Assembly: GCF_000142905.1 (NCBI RefSeq)
Contig: NW_013657602.1
Coordinates: 1-49,652, forward strand
Source of the DNA: Thecamonas trahens ATCC 50062
Taxonomy: Eukaryota; Protista; Apusomonadida
DNA: 49,652 nucleotides
Direction of reading: 5' to 3'
Shown piece after piece: positions 11,857 through 21,944 of the stretch (positions are counted from its first letter, which is position 1; every line of letters starts with the position of its first letter). The notes beneath the pieces are model-generated. The model saw only the letters and a program-made list of their open reading frames with translations, was not told where the DNA came from and made no database searches. Position numbers and translations under genes: made by a program.

Positions 11857-11956
11857 NNNNNNNNNNNNNNNNNNNNNNNNNNNNNNNNNNNNNNNNNNNN
11901 NNNNNNNNNNNNNNNNNNNNNNNNNNNNNNNNNNNNNNNNNNNNNNNNNNNNNNNN
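11857..11956. other. Assembly gap (100 N)
   Basis: Run of N. Confidence 0.99.
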
Positions 11957-12488
11957 CGCCGTGTGTTAGCCTCGGCCCGGTCGAGGGAGGATCCACAGGC
12001 CGAGCCTGCCGAGCCAGCACACCCCACCGCGCCGCCTCGACGCCCAGCGCGCCTCCGGCGGCCTTGATGCCGGCCATCGAGTCGAGCTCGCTCCATCGCG
12101 GGAGCGCCGGTGCCCGCGGCGCTGTCGGCATCGGCGGACGCGGCGCGTGTGGCAACAGCGGATCCAGCAGCACACGCTCCGGTAGCATCGCCGCCGACGA
12201 CAGCCAGATCCGCACCAAATCTGCTGGCGCGAGGCTCTCCGGCGACGCTGCAGCCAGTAGCGTGTGGCCTCGTGCTCCCCCGCCGCCCACACTCCCGCCC
12301 GACGCGGCTTGGCGCCTCTCGCTCTGCGTTCTCAACACCACCTCGTACGCGTCACGGCTCCCGGACCCGTCCTTTGCCAACAGCGACGACGACGGTATGG
12401 GAATGCTTTGCACATCCGAGGTGTAGTAGACGGCAAGCCCTGCTGCCGCCGCCCCCGTCCCCACCACTCGGAACGCCCATCGGAACAT
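11957..12488 (-). CDS. Hypothetical protein, 3' end lost in gap; possible mitochondrial presequence/N-anchor
   Basis: Open frame from MFRWAFRVVGTGAAAAGLAVYY with codon usage like neighbouring genes; runs into the N gap. Confidence 0.55.
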
Positions 12489-12586
12489 CTGTTCGACTTG
12501 TCGCCGTCCGCCCTCGCGCCCGCTCGGTGTCTGCGTGAGGTGTCACTCACTCCGCCACCGCCACCGCCACCTGACCACCACCCTCA

Positions 12587-12587
<1 letters not shown>

Positions 12588-12655
<68 letters not shown>

Positions 12656-12672
12656 TACACATACACACATAC
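12588..12672. repeat. (CA)n microsatellite abutting the MORN gene ATG
   Basis: Direct reading. Confidence 0.9.
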
Positions 12673-13509
12673 ATGGACAAGAAGCGCAACCGGCCGCCGC
12701 GGCGCCGGGCACCGCGTTCGCCTTCGCCAGCGGACCGCGAGCGGAGCGCGTCGGGAGGGACAGGCGGCGGAGGCACGTCGGGCGGCTCGGGCGCATCGAC
12801 GACAACAGGCAATGGAGCAAGCGGTGATATTGATGTGACAAGCGGTAGTGGTGCTGATGGATATGGCGATGCTCATGGCGATCGCGAGGTCGGAGATGGC
12901 CGGGATGGCGCTGCCGGCGATCGTGGCGATGCTGGCGCTCCGCAGGATCCGCTGGCGGGCGCCGGCGACTATGTGTATCCGCTGCTCTCGGCGCCAGGCG
13001 CGTTTGATCCCCTGCCTGATGGGTGTGACCGCAAGGCGAGTGCTGATGGCAAGTACAAGGTGGTGTACGTTGGCGAGACGTACGACTTTGGCGGCGTGGT
13101 CATGCGCCATGGCCTCGGCACCTTTACCGACGGCGCCACCGTGTACAAGGGCCACTGGCGCAAGGACGCCATGCACGGGCCCGACGGCCGCATCGAGTAT
13201 GCATCGGGTGCCGTCTACGTCGGCGGCTTTGTCGATGGCATGTACCAGGGCCACGGTGTCTACACCTGGCCGTCGGGCGCTTACTACAAGGGCGACTTTC
13301 ACAACAATCGCATGCACGGCATCGGCGTCTACGTCGACGCCACTGGCTTTGCCTGGCACGGTGAGTTTTACAACAACCGTGGGCCTGGCCTCGTCCAGCA
13401 CTTTCTCGGTCCGCGCCCTTCCCCTCGCTCGATCCCTCTGCCGTCGCCGCCGCCTCCGCCGCCGCCGCAGACGCCGATGCTGCAGACCCTTAGGCCCCAT
13501 TCTGCTTGA
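12673..13509 (+). CDS. MORN-repeat protein (MORN2-like), 278 aa
   Basis: Repeats YKGHWRKDAMHG, YVGGFVDGMYQGHGVYTW, YKGDFHNNRMHGIGVY, WHGEFYN. Confidence 0.88.
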   Translation: MDKKRNRPPRRRAPRSPSPADRERSASGGTGGGGTSGGSGASTTTGNGASGDIDVTSGSGADGYGDAHGDREVGDGRDGAAGDRGDAGAPQDPLAGAGDYVYPLLSAPGAFDPLPDGCDRKASADGKYKVVYVGETYDFGGVVMRHGLGTFTDGATVYKGHWRKDAMHGPDGRIEYASGAVYVGGFVDGMYQGHGVYTWPSGAYYKGDFHNNRMHGIGVYVDATGFAWHGEFYNNRGPGLVQHFLGPRPSPRSIPLPSPPPPPPPQTPMLQTLRPHSA

Positions 13510-13830
13510 CCACTTCCGCCACCTGCTACGCCAACATTCAATTGCTTGGTACCAGCTCCCTACCACGCGCCCCCGGGCTTCGTCATCTCCGACGTCAGCA
13601 ACCCCCCCCCTCCCCCCTTCACCCTTCACCCTTCCTCTCACCCTCCTCGCCCACACCAACAAACCCACACACCAAGCATCCCTCCCAAGCACCAGCCCAA
13701 CCATTTCACTCCCTTCACTCTCCCGATCCTCGCCCCGATCCTTGTCCCCGTCCCCCCCCCCCCCACCCCCCAACCGCGGTCACTCACCCGACGGATCATT
13801 CTCTCACCTCTCGCCACCCCCTTCACCTGC

Positions 13831-16143
13831 ATGCCACGGCGACTGCCCGCCTGGCTTGTGGTCTTTGTCATAGCGAGTGGCTTACTCATTCCATGCACGT
13901 ACTCGTCAGAGCCGCTTGTGTCCCCTTCCCCTTCTCAACCACCACCTTCTCCTCCTTCTCCTTCACCGCCTCCACCTCGACCACTGCCCCCGCCTCGGCC
14001 TGCTTCGCTCTGGCCGCCGCCACCTCGCCCGCCATCGCCTTCTCCACCGCCACCCCCGCCACCTCCGCCTCCGCTCTCTCCGGATGATCCACCTTCGGTA
14101 ACACGGGACATTCTCAAGTATGCCGAGTTTATGAACCCGCCACCCCCGCCACCACCGCCGCCATCGCATTCGCAGCCTTTGCATCCGTCGTCGTCATCGT
14201 CAACATCTTCGTCAGCCGAACCGTCGCCGCCGTCGCCACCACTGCCGAACATGGCCGATGCAGCAGCTTCACGCGATGACGGTGCCGAAGAGAGCAGCGA
14301 GGCTCGTGATGGCGGGCCGATGTCGGCGGATGGTGGAAACAAGCAGCTGCCGTCGCCGCCGCTGCCGCCGAGCGGAGCTCCGGCGGATCTGGGGACCAAC
14401 TATGCGGCTGCCGAGTGCGGGGCGCGGGTGCTGTCTGCAGCCGAGCACGTGACCAACTCTGGCAACTTGCTCACTCCGCACCGCGACTCGTACCTGCTCG
14501 CCCCGTGCGAGCTCGGGTCGTGGGTGGTCGTCCAGGCGTGCGATGAGATCAACGTCCGCACCCTCGAACTAGGCTCGCTGGAGATGTTCTCATCGTTGCC
14601 GCGTGCGTTTGAGCTCTACGCCTCGGACAGCTACCCCGAGCCGAGCTGGGTTCTCATTGCCCGGTTCGAGGCAGCGCCCAAGCGGGCCGTGCAGGTCTTC
14701 AACCTTCCGCCGTCGGCACCCGAGATGTGGACAAAGTACTACAAGCTGGTCATCACCTCGCACTACGGCTCTGAGTACTACTGTCCCATCTCTATTCTCC
14801 GACTCTACGGCACGTCGGTCCTGCAAGACTTTAAGGACGGGCTGGTCAACCACGCCGACGATGACCTGCCTGTGGTGACTGTGGTCTCGCCGCCGGCCCC
14901 GCTCCCTCCGGCCGCTGTGCCCGTCGCCCCGGGCCCGCCGCCGATGTCTCCTCTCGCTCCGCTAAGTCTTCCAGTCAACGCGCGCCCGCTGTCCCTCCGC
15001 CGCTGGCCGCTGCATCACCCGATGTGTGTGTGCTCGTTGTCGGCGGCAACTTGCGGCTGCTCGCCGTTCTCGCAACTGCAGCTGCCGGCTACAAACCCGG
15101 GTCCCGGCTCGCCGCCGCTCCTACCGGACGCCGCGATGGCGTCGCCGCTTCCAGCACCGCCACCGCTTTCCAACAATGCGATACACCGTCCAGCATCGAC
15201 TCTGTCGCCGCCGTCCCCGGCTCCGGTGCCGTCGACTCCATCGATGCCGCTTCCGCCTCTCGACGGGCCGCCAACACCGCCACCGCCATCACCGCCGCCG
15301 GCTCCGGTGCCGCCAGTCGAGACTGACCTGGAGACCGAACCGGCCCCATCCCCGCAAGAGCCGGGCGGGCCGGCCTCGGGCTCGCCGGATGTGCCTGTGA
15401 GCGACACTGGGTCGCCGCAGCAGCCGGCCCCGCCTCCACCGCCGCCGCCGCCGCCGATGACGATGCCAGAGCCCGGCGAGTCGACCGGCTCGGTCTTCAA
15501 GACGCTCGGCAAGACTGTCCGCGAGCTGCAGCGGCAGCAGACCAAGGCCTCGTTGTACCTGGAGAGCCTCTCGACAACATACACTGTTGCGCTCGACGAG
15601 CTGCAGCAGTACCAGCGGACCCAGGACGCACGGATTGCAGCACTGGAGGCTGCGCTCGCCGAAGCGACCGCGGCGCGGCTTGCGCACGCTTCCAAGCTTG
15701 CCGAGCTCCAGGCGCGGCTCGACAGTGCCGACGCGCTCCACCCATGGCTCCGGCTCGGCCTCGAGTCGCCGGTCTCAGCCTCGGTTGTCGTCCTAGTTAT
15801 CGCCGTCTCGACCGCTTCCTGGGTTGTTCTCTGCGCCTCGCGCTCTCTCGGCTCGGACACGACGTCGCCGGTCTCGCCATCGGCCGCCGCTCCACCACTT
15901 GCATCTGCACGTGCGCGCGCCCGCGCCCGCGCCGCCCATGGCGCCCACGCCGGCCACGCTCCCGCCACCACCGATGCCGCCGACGGCGTCGTCGCCGTTG
16001 TCGGCCACACCCGTTCGGCTTCCGACCCCCGCCCAGGCACCAAGCCAAAGCCAAAGCCAGAGTCAAAGCCAAAGCCAAAGCCAAAGGCCGGGCCTCGATC
16101 TGCTTCGGCAACCTACACCATCATCGCTAACAACCACCGGTAG
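13831..16143 (+). CDS. Mid-SUN domain membrane protein (Slp1/SUCO family)
   Basis: Signal-like N-terminus, NYAAAECGARVL, YLLAPC, EMFSS, SHYGSEYYCPISILRLYG; SVFKTL..LE..S..Y coiled coil, then TM; start codon inferred. Confidence 0.88.
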   Translation: MPRRLPAWLVVFVIASGLLIPCTYSSEPLVSPSPSQPPPSPPSPSPPPPRPLPPPRPASLWPPPPRPPSPSPPPPPPPPPPLSPDDPPSVTRDILKYAEFMNPPPPPPPPPSHSQPLHPSSSSSTSSSAEPSPPSPPLPNMADAAASRDDGAEESSEARDGGPMSADGGNKQLPSPPLPPSGAPADLGTNYAAAECGARVLSAAEHVTNSGNLLTPHRDSYLLAPCELGSWVVVQACDEINVRTLELGSLEMFSSLPRAFELYASDSYPEPSWVLIARFEAAPKRAVQVFNLPPSAPEMWTKYYKLVITSHYGSEYYCPISILRLYGTSVLQDFKDGLVNHADDDLPVVTVVSPPAPLPPAAVPVAPGPPPMSPLAPLSLPVNARPLSLRRWPLHHPMCVCSLSAATCGCSPFSQLQLPATNPGPGSPPLLPDAAMASPLPAPPPLSNNAIHRPASTLSPPSPAPVPSTPSMPLPPLDGPPTPPPPSPPPAPVPPVETDLETEPAPSPQEPGGPASGSPDVPVSDTGSPQQPAPPPPPPPPPMTMPEPGESTGSVFKTLGKTVRELQRQQTKASLYLESLSTTYTVALDELQQYQRTQDARIAALEAALAEATAARLAHASKLAELQARLDSADALHPWLRLGLESPVSASVVVLVIAVSTASWVVLCASRSLGSDTTSPVSPSAAAPPLASARARARARAAHGAHAGHAPATTDAADGVVAVVGHTRSASDPRPGTKPKPKPESKPKPKPKAGPRSASATYTIIANNHR

Positions 16144-16149
16144 CCGCCC

Positions 16150-16187
<38 letters not shown>

Positions 16188-16355
16188 CCACTTTCGCACA
16201 TGTACGCAAATCAAGTCACAACGCCTGCCAAACAACCTCCCCAACCACCACCACCACCCGTCCCCCCCCCCTTCCACACCCATCTCTACTCTTCCCACCC
16301 ACACCAAAAGCCCTCACACACCCACCTTTTACACACACACACATACACGCTCACC

Positions 16356-19306
16356 ATGTCCGAGTCCAAAATGGTGCGGCTAACGTACGCCCCCCCCCCC
16401 CCTTCCTTTCCCCCCTCCCCCCCCTCTGTCCCCTCCCCCCCAGCCGAACACGACCCTTTTTTAGCCAGCCACTCACCGCACGGCACATCATGGAGTACAC
16501 ACAGCATTCGATTGGTGAAGCCTGACGGAGCAATTCAGAAAAAGGTGGCGTTTCAAGTGGATGCGACTGTGGCCAACATGTGCTCTGTTCTGACTTCCAA
16601 GTTTCATCTGGTGGAAGAGGGCTTTGGCCTCTTCTTCCCGCCCTCGCAGTATCGAACGTCAAAGTGGCTGATGGCCAACAAGACGGCCGAGTTTTACGAC
16701 TTGAAGAACGATGAGCTGCTGGAGTTTCGTCTTCGCCATCGCCCGCTCCGCGTGAGGCTGCCGGATGGAGTGTACAAGACTGTGGTCATTGATGAGAACA
16801 TGGTGGTGGCTGAGATGTGCAAGGCCATCGGCGCCAAGGTCGGCATCGACAACGTTGCCGAGTTTTCGCTCAAGATCGAGGGCTCGTCGGCCGTCGAGTG
16901 GCTCTTGCGAAACAAGACCCTCATCGACCAGGGCGTGGACGAGTCTGTGGCGCTCGAGTTTAAGCAGCGGCTGTTCTTTACCGACACCGAGGTGAACCTG
17001 AACAACCCGCGCGAGCTGCACCTGCTGTTTGAGCAGTGCCGCGAGTCGGTCCTGACCGGCAACGCGGTGTGCTCGTTCGAGGAGGCTGTCGAGCTTGCAG
17101 CCTACCAGCTCCACCTCACGTTTGGTGACTACGATGCAGCATCGCCGCCGTCGTTTGACATTGGCGAGTACATGCCGCCCGAGTACACCAAGCTGAAGAA
17201 GGCGAGCCGGCTGATTCTGGAGGCATACGCTGCGTGCGTGGGGACAAACATGGAGCAGGCCAAGTACCAGTACGTCTCGGTCTGTCGCGGGCTCAAGACG
17301 TACGGCGTCACCTTTTCACCGCTACCGAGGCCGTGACGTCCAAGAAGACCCGTCCGATTCTCATTGGCATCACCAAGGAGCGCATCATGAAGTTTGACGG
17401 CAAGACCAAGGCTGTTCTCGCCGAGTGGCCGCTGACCTACATCAAGCGGTGTGCGTCGACCCGGTCGACCTTTACCGTCGACTTTGGCATGCACGAAGAG
17501 GCGTACCACACGTATCAGACCTCAGAGGGCGAGTCGATCCAGGCCGTCATCGAAGGCTACCAGCACCTGGCCAAGTCACGGGAGGAGCAAGCCGCCGAGG
17601 ACGAAAAGCTGCGCCAGGCCCGTGGCCCGTCGCTGGAGGAGCAGGAGGCCGAGGCGTCTGCCGCCACCAAGGCCAAAGACGAAAAGCGGCGGTCGCGCGT
17701 GCCGGGCGCCGACAGCTCGGACTCGAGCGCCGCCGGTCCGTCGGGTGGCGGCGGCGATGGCATCCAGCGCGGCGCCGCCGGCGAGATCGTCGTCGACGCC
17801 TCTGAAGTCTCTGTCAAGCTCAACCAGATTGGACTCGCGGACCTCAATGTGGAGCTGGTGTACGTGACCAAACTCATTACCAACGCGCTGGAGGACGTGG
17901 CCGCGCCTGCGGCGGCGGCGCCGGTGGCGGACGAGTCGTGGCGGCGCGAGGCGATGACCACCGTCCGCGGCACCATTTCGGAGCACACCGTCCGCCTCTG
18001 CATTGCGGTAGCCAAAGTCATTGCGGCTGTTGTGGTGCTCAAGGCCGACGACTTTGAGGCTGGCCTTCTGTACTCGGCAGTCAAGCTCATGGGCGAGGCT
18101 GTGACCCAGCTCGTCACCGCCTGCCGCGCCATCGGCGCCCTCGCCGAGGGCATGGTCGGCGTCATGGTCGTTGACATGTGCCGCATGGTGATCACGGCGT
18201 CGCTTCGGGTGGTGACAGCGGCGACACGCGCGGCCGTGGCTCTGGCCGACTCGCGGGTTGACGCCGCCATGCGCGACGAGCTCCTCTCCGCCGCCCAGAC
18301 GACCGGCAACGCAGCGTGGGAGCTGCTCCGCCGCGCCAACGCCAACGACGTGCAGGACGGCCACTTTAAGGTGATGGAAAAGGCCCTGGCGGCAGCGGCG
18401 CGGGCAGTGACCATTGTCGTGGCCTGCGCCAAGATGTCGTCAGAGGCCCTGCCGCAGTCGACTGCCAAGGACGCTGTCGTCGACGCCGCCATGGACGTCT
18501 ACACTTGCGTCACCCACATGACTGCAACCGCGCGGGTCACTCTCCCGTCCATCCTCAACGAGGTCTCGCTTTCCGAGCTCGAGGCGTGCACCGCCGACGT
18601 GCTCGATGCCATTGCCGTCGTCATTGCCACCATCCAGAGCTCGGGCCTGACTGGCGACCACATCGCCAACGCAACGGCAGCCCAAACCGCGGCCCAGGAG
18701 GCTCTGGAGGCCCTGCTGGCCGCAGCGCGCGACCCGGGCGACCGCGCCTCGTTCGAGGATCTTCTCCGCAACGCCTACGAGCATGTCTCCGCCGCCATCT
18801 CGTCGCTCATCAAGCACGGCTCGGACCCGACCGCCATGCTGCAGTACGTCAAGGCGGCTGGATCAACCGCCACAGACCTGGTCAACTCGCTCAACCGCGC
18901 CGCAGAGCTCTCGTCGGACCCGGAGCTCCGCAACAGGCTCCTCGCCGCCGCCAACCAGGTCTCGCAGTTTGCGCAAGCACTCGTTCTCGCTGCCAAAAAC
19001 TCGCTCGCTAACCCCGGCGACGCCGACGCAGCCTTCAAGGTCTCGCAGATTGGCATGAAGCTCGACGCGCTCGTCCAGCAGCTCCTCCTCGACTTTTCCG
19101 TCGCCCTTGCTGACCCCAACCTCGGCGATGAGTTTGACGACTTTTCCGCCCTCGTCAACGCCTCCAAGAACCTCGGAACTAAGGTCCGCAAGTTCTCGGC
19201 CGCCGCTACCGGCGCCGACGGCGCTGACGGTGGCGCGCCCAAAAGGTCAGGCGGCGGCCTGCTGGCCGCTGCCGCCGCTGCCCGCGCTCTCGGCCCCGGC
19301 CAATGA
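16356..19306 (+). CDS. Short talin-like protein (F0-F3 FERM head + partial helical rod), about 943 aa
   Basis: Intron 16385-16504; FGLF..KWL..KTAEFYDL, RPLRVRLPDG..KTVVIDE, PRELHLLFEQCRESVLTG, AKYQYVSVCRGLKTYGVTFF, LIGITKERIM, EWPLTYIKR, FTVDFG, QTSEGESI (talin head); Ala-rich amphipathic helices; one T-run frameshift about 17315. Confidence 0.88.
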
Positions 19307-19368
19307 TCACGCTGCAGCCTCTCAAACTCCTCTCCCTCCTTCCCACCCACACGCACGCGCACGAACCT

Positions 19369-21628
19369 TTACACAAACTGAAGAATAGCAAGCGAGGCCG
19401 CCACAACCAGAATCGGCGTGTGGATCCACCAAAAGGCAGGCACCATCCACTTGGCCTGTGGAGGCTTGTGCTGGTAGTAGCCGTACAACATGCCGATGGG
19501 GAGGAGGAACATGTACGGCGCGCCAAAGAAGGCGCCGGCAAAGCGCAGAACGGTGCCGATGTACGGGAAAAAGGTGGCGATGAGGACGGTCTGCAGCGCC
19601 ATGTACACGTTGAGTAGCGCGATGTACGACATGGGCGTGAACGCCGGGTCGCGGGGATCGGCCACCTTGTTGTTGGAGCCGGTAGCCGCCTTCTTCTTGG
19701 ACTTGGCCTTGCCTTTGGCTTTGGCCTTGGCCTTGGCCTTGCCACTACCGCTGCCGTTGGCCTCGACGCCGACGGCGTTGAGCGAGCCGCGCTCGGGATC
19801 AGGCAGCAGCGGCGCAGACTCGTTGATGAGCTCGGGCCCGCCCGAGGCGCCAGTCATGTCGGCCGCGCCCGCCGCCGAGAGCAGAGCCTCGGTCTCCTCG
19901 GGGGCGAGAGGACAATGGTGAAGATCTGCAGGCGGACAATGTAGGCGAGGAGCGGGAAAATGCCGCAGAGCTGGATGAGGAGGGCAAGGCGGGCGAGGAA
20001 GGGCGTGACATCGTGGTACGAGTAGACATTGAGAAAGTTCTGCGGGATGGCGGTCGACTCAAAGGCGAGGTAGCCGGCGATGCCGCACGAGGCGTAGGTG
20101 AGAAAGACAAAGCCAAAGGCAAAGGCAAGGTCGCGGCGGTTGTGCTTGGGCGACTTCTTGTTGCGGATGATGGGAATAATGGCGTTGTGGATGAAGAACG
20201 AGACCATGCCGAGGCCGCCGAGGTAGTACCACTTGTCGGAAAAGTAGGTGATGACCGGCGGGTGGGTTGAGAGGTCGGTCACACTCTTGGTCACAATGAA
20301 GCCGATCATGTAGAGGATCGAGACAATGCCAAATGAGTTGAACTTGACGAGCGGGCCGATGTCGCGGAGGTTCATGAATGGGAAGAGGACAACGCCCATC
20401 ATTAGCGGCACCGTCTTGAGCGAGAACCACCGCGAGGCCTCGCCCGAGTGCAGGTCGGCCAGTCCAGACTCGCCCGAGTGCCACAGCACAATCGACGAGA
20501 CAACTGCGTGTGTAAAGTCCGAGATCATGGTGAGGTACACAACGAGGACGCACAGTAGCATGAGCACCGACGACCACGACGCAAAGTAGTACGCCAGCCG
20601 CCCGATGCGCGGCGAGCCAAAGTACCGCATGACCATGTCGGGAAAGTCGTCAAAGCCGTCAGAGTGGTCCACAATGATGGCTGCCGTGTAAAAGCAGAGC
20701 AAGCCGACCGCCATGAGCACCAGCGTCCCGCCCACAAGCCCGGCGTTCTGGAACGCCCACGGCATGACAAGGAGGCCTGAGCCCACCATGACGTTCCAGA
20801 TCGAAAAAATCGTCGAGAACGACCCTTGCTCGCCCGACGGAACAAAGAGTGCGTACGGCGACGCGCCGCCCACACAATGTGCTGCGGCGCACGAAAGTGG
20901 TGCGATGACTCGGCCGACGGCGTCAGCCGGTTGTAGTACTTCATCCGCGAGTAGAGCGGATGCGACCGCTCTAGTGTCACTGCCGTCCGCTTGCCTGACG
21001 CCTGCCCGCCCTCGCCCGGGCTCACGCGACCGCCTTCATCCGCGGCTCCGACGCTGCCGCCGCGTCGAGTCCTCCGCCCGCCGCGCGGGTGCCGCGTCGA
21101 GCTCGCCCCACGGCCAGCATCGCCGCCGGTCGATGGCACCGAGGTCGAGAGCGAGGTCGGCGAGGACGAACGCGAGCCCGACCGCGAGCCGGGCATCGAC
21201 CTCGAGCCGCCCGACGGCGAGAGCGCCGGCATCTGCAGCGAGCCAGCCGGAGTTGCCGGGCCCGGCACAATGAGCACGTCCGGACTCCTAACTGGCTGCG
21301 CCAGCGGATTAAAGGCACCACCGCCCGCACTGAGGCCAGCTCCGGCTCTACCCTTGCGGACATAGAGCGGAGAGGAGCCTGTGCTTGTGGGTGTCCTTCG
21401 AGATGTGGGTGAGCCCGGGGTGGTGGTCATCGCAGACCAGTCGTTGTTGCGAGCTGCAGCGTGTCCAGGGCTGGGACCTCCACTAGGTACAGAGCCAGCC
21501 GCTTTCCATCTGCCATCGCCTTGTGCCTCTCTTGCTGTTGACCTTGAGCCCGAGGTGCGGCTACCACCAGCTTCTGTTCCGCTTCCTCTCCTTGGTCCGT
21601 CACCAGGTGATGGTGGGAACGACGACAT
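19369..21628 (-). CDS. SLC38A9: Lysosomal amino-acid transporter/arginine sensor, SLC38A9-like, about 753 aa
   Basis: N-terminal RMKYYNRL..APQHIV, TIFSIWNVMVGSGLLVMPW, KTVPL, KFNSFG, FFIHNAII, HNRRDL, QNFL, FPLL; frameshifts about 20875 and 19905. Confidence 0.85.
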
Positions 21629-21944
21629 GGAAGGCGGCCGGTGTTGGGTGTTGGTGGTAGTCGTGCTTGGTGGTGGTGGTGGTGGTGCTTGGTTCTGGCA
21701 CGAGTTGGAAGGGGATATGTGGAAGTGGGATGTGGCGGTGACAAGAGTGTGAGGAAAGAGGTGGACGTGGGAGGTGGGCGAGGTGGGGGAGGGGGGGGGG
21801 GGGGGAGGGTGGGCTCGTGGCTTGACGTGGAGGCGGTGATGGGGGGGATCGCTCGTGGCAACATTTTTGCATGTGATTGTTGGGTGCGGCCAGCCGGCTT
21901 GCCGGGTGGGTGGCGGGAGGCGGTGGTTGGTGGTTTGGTTAGCT

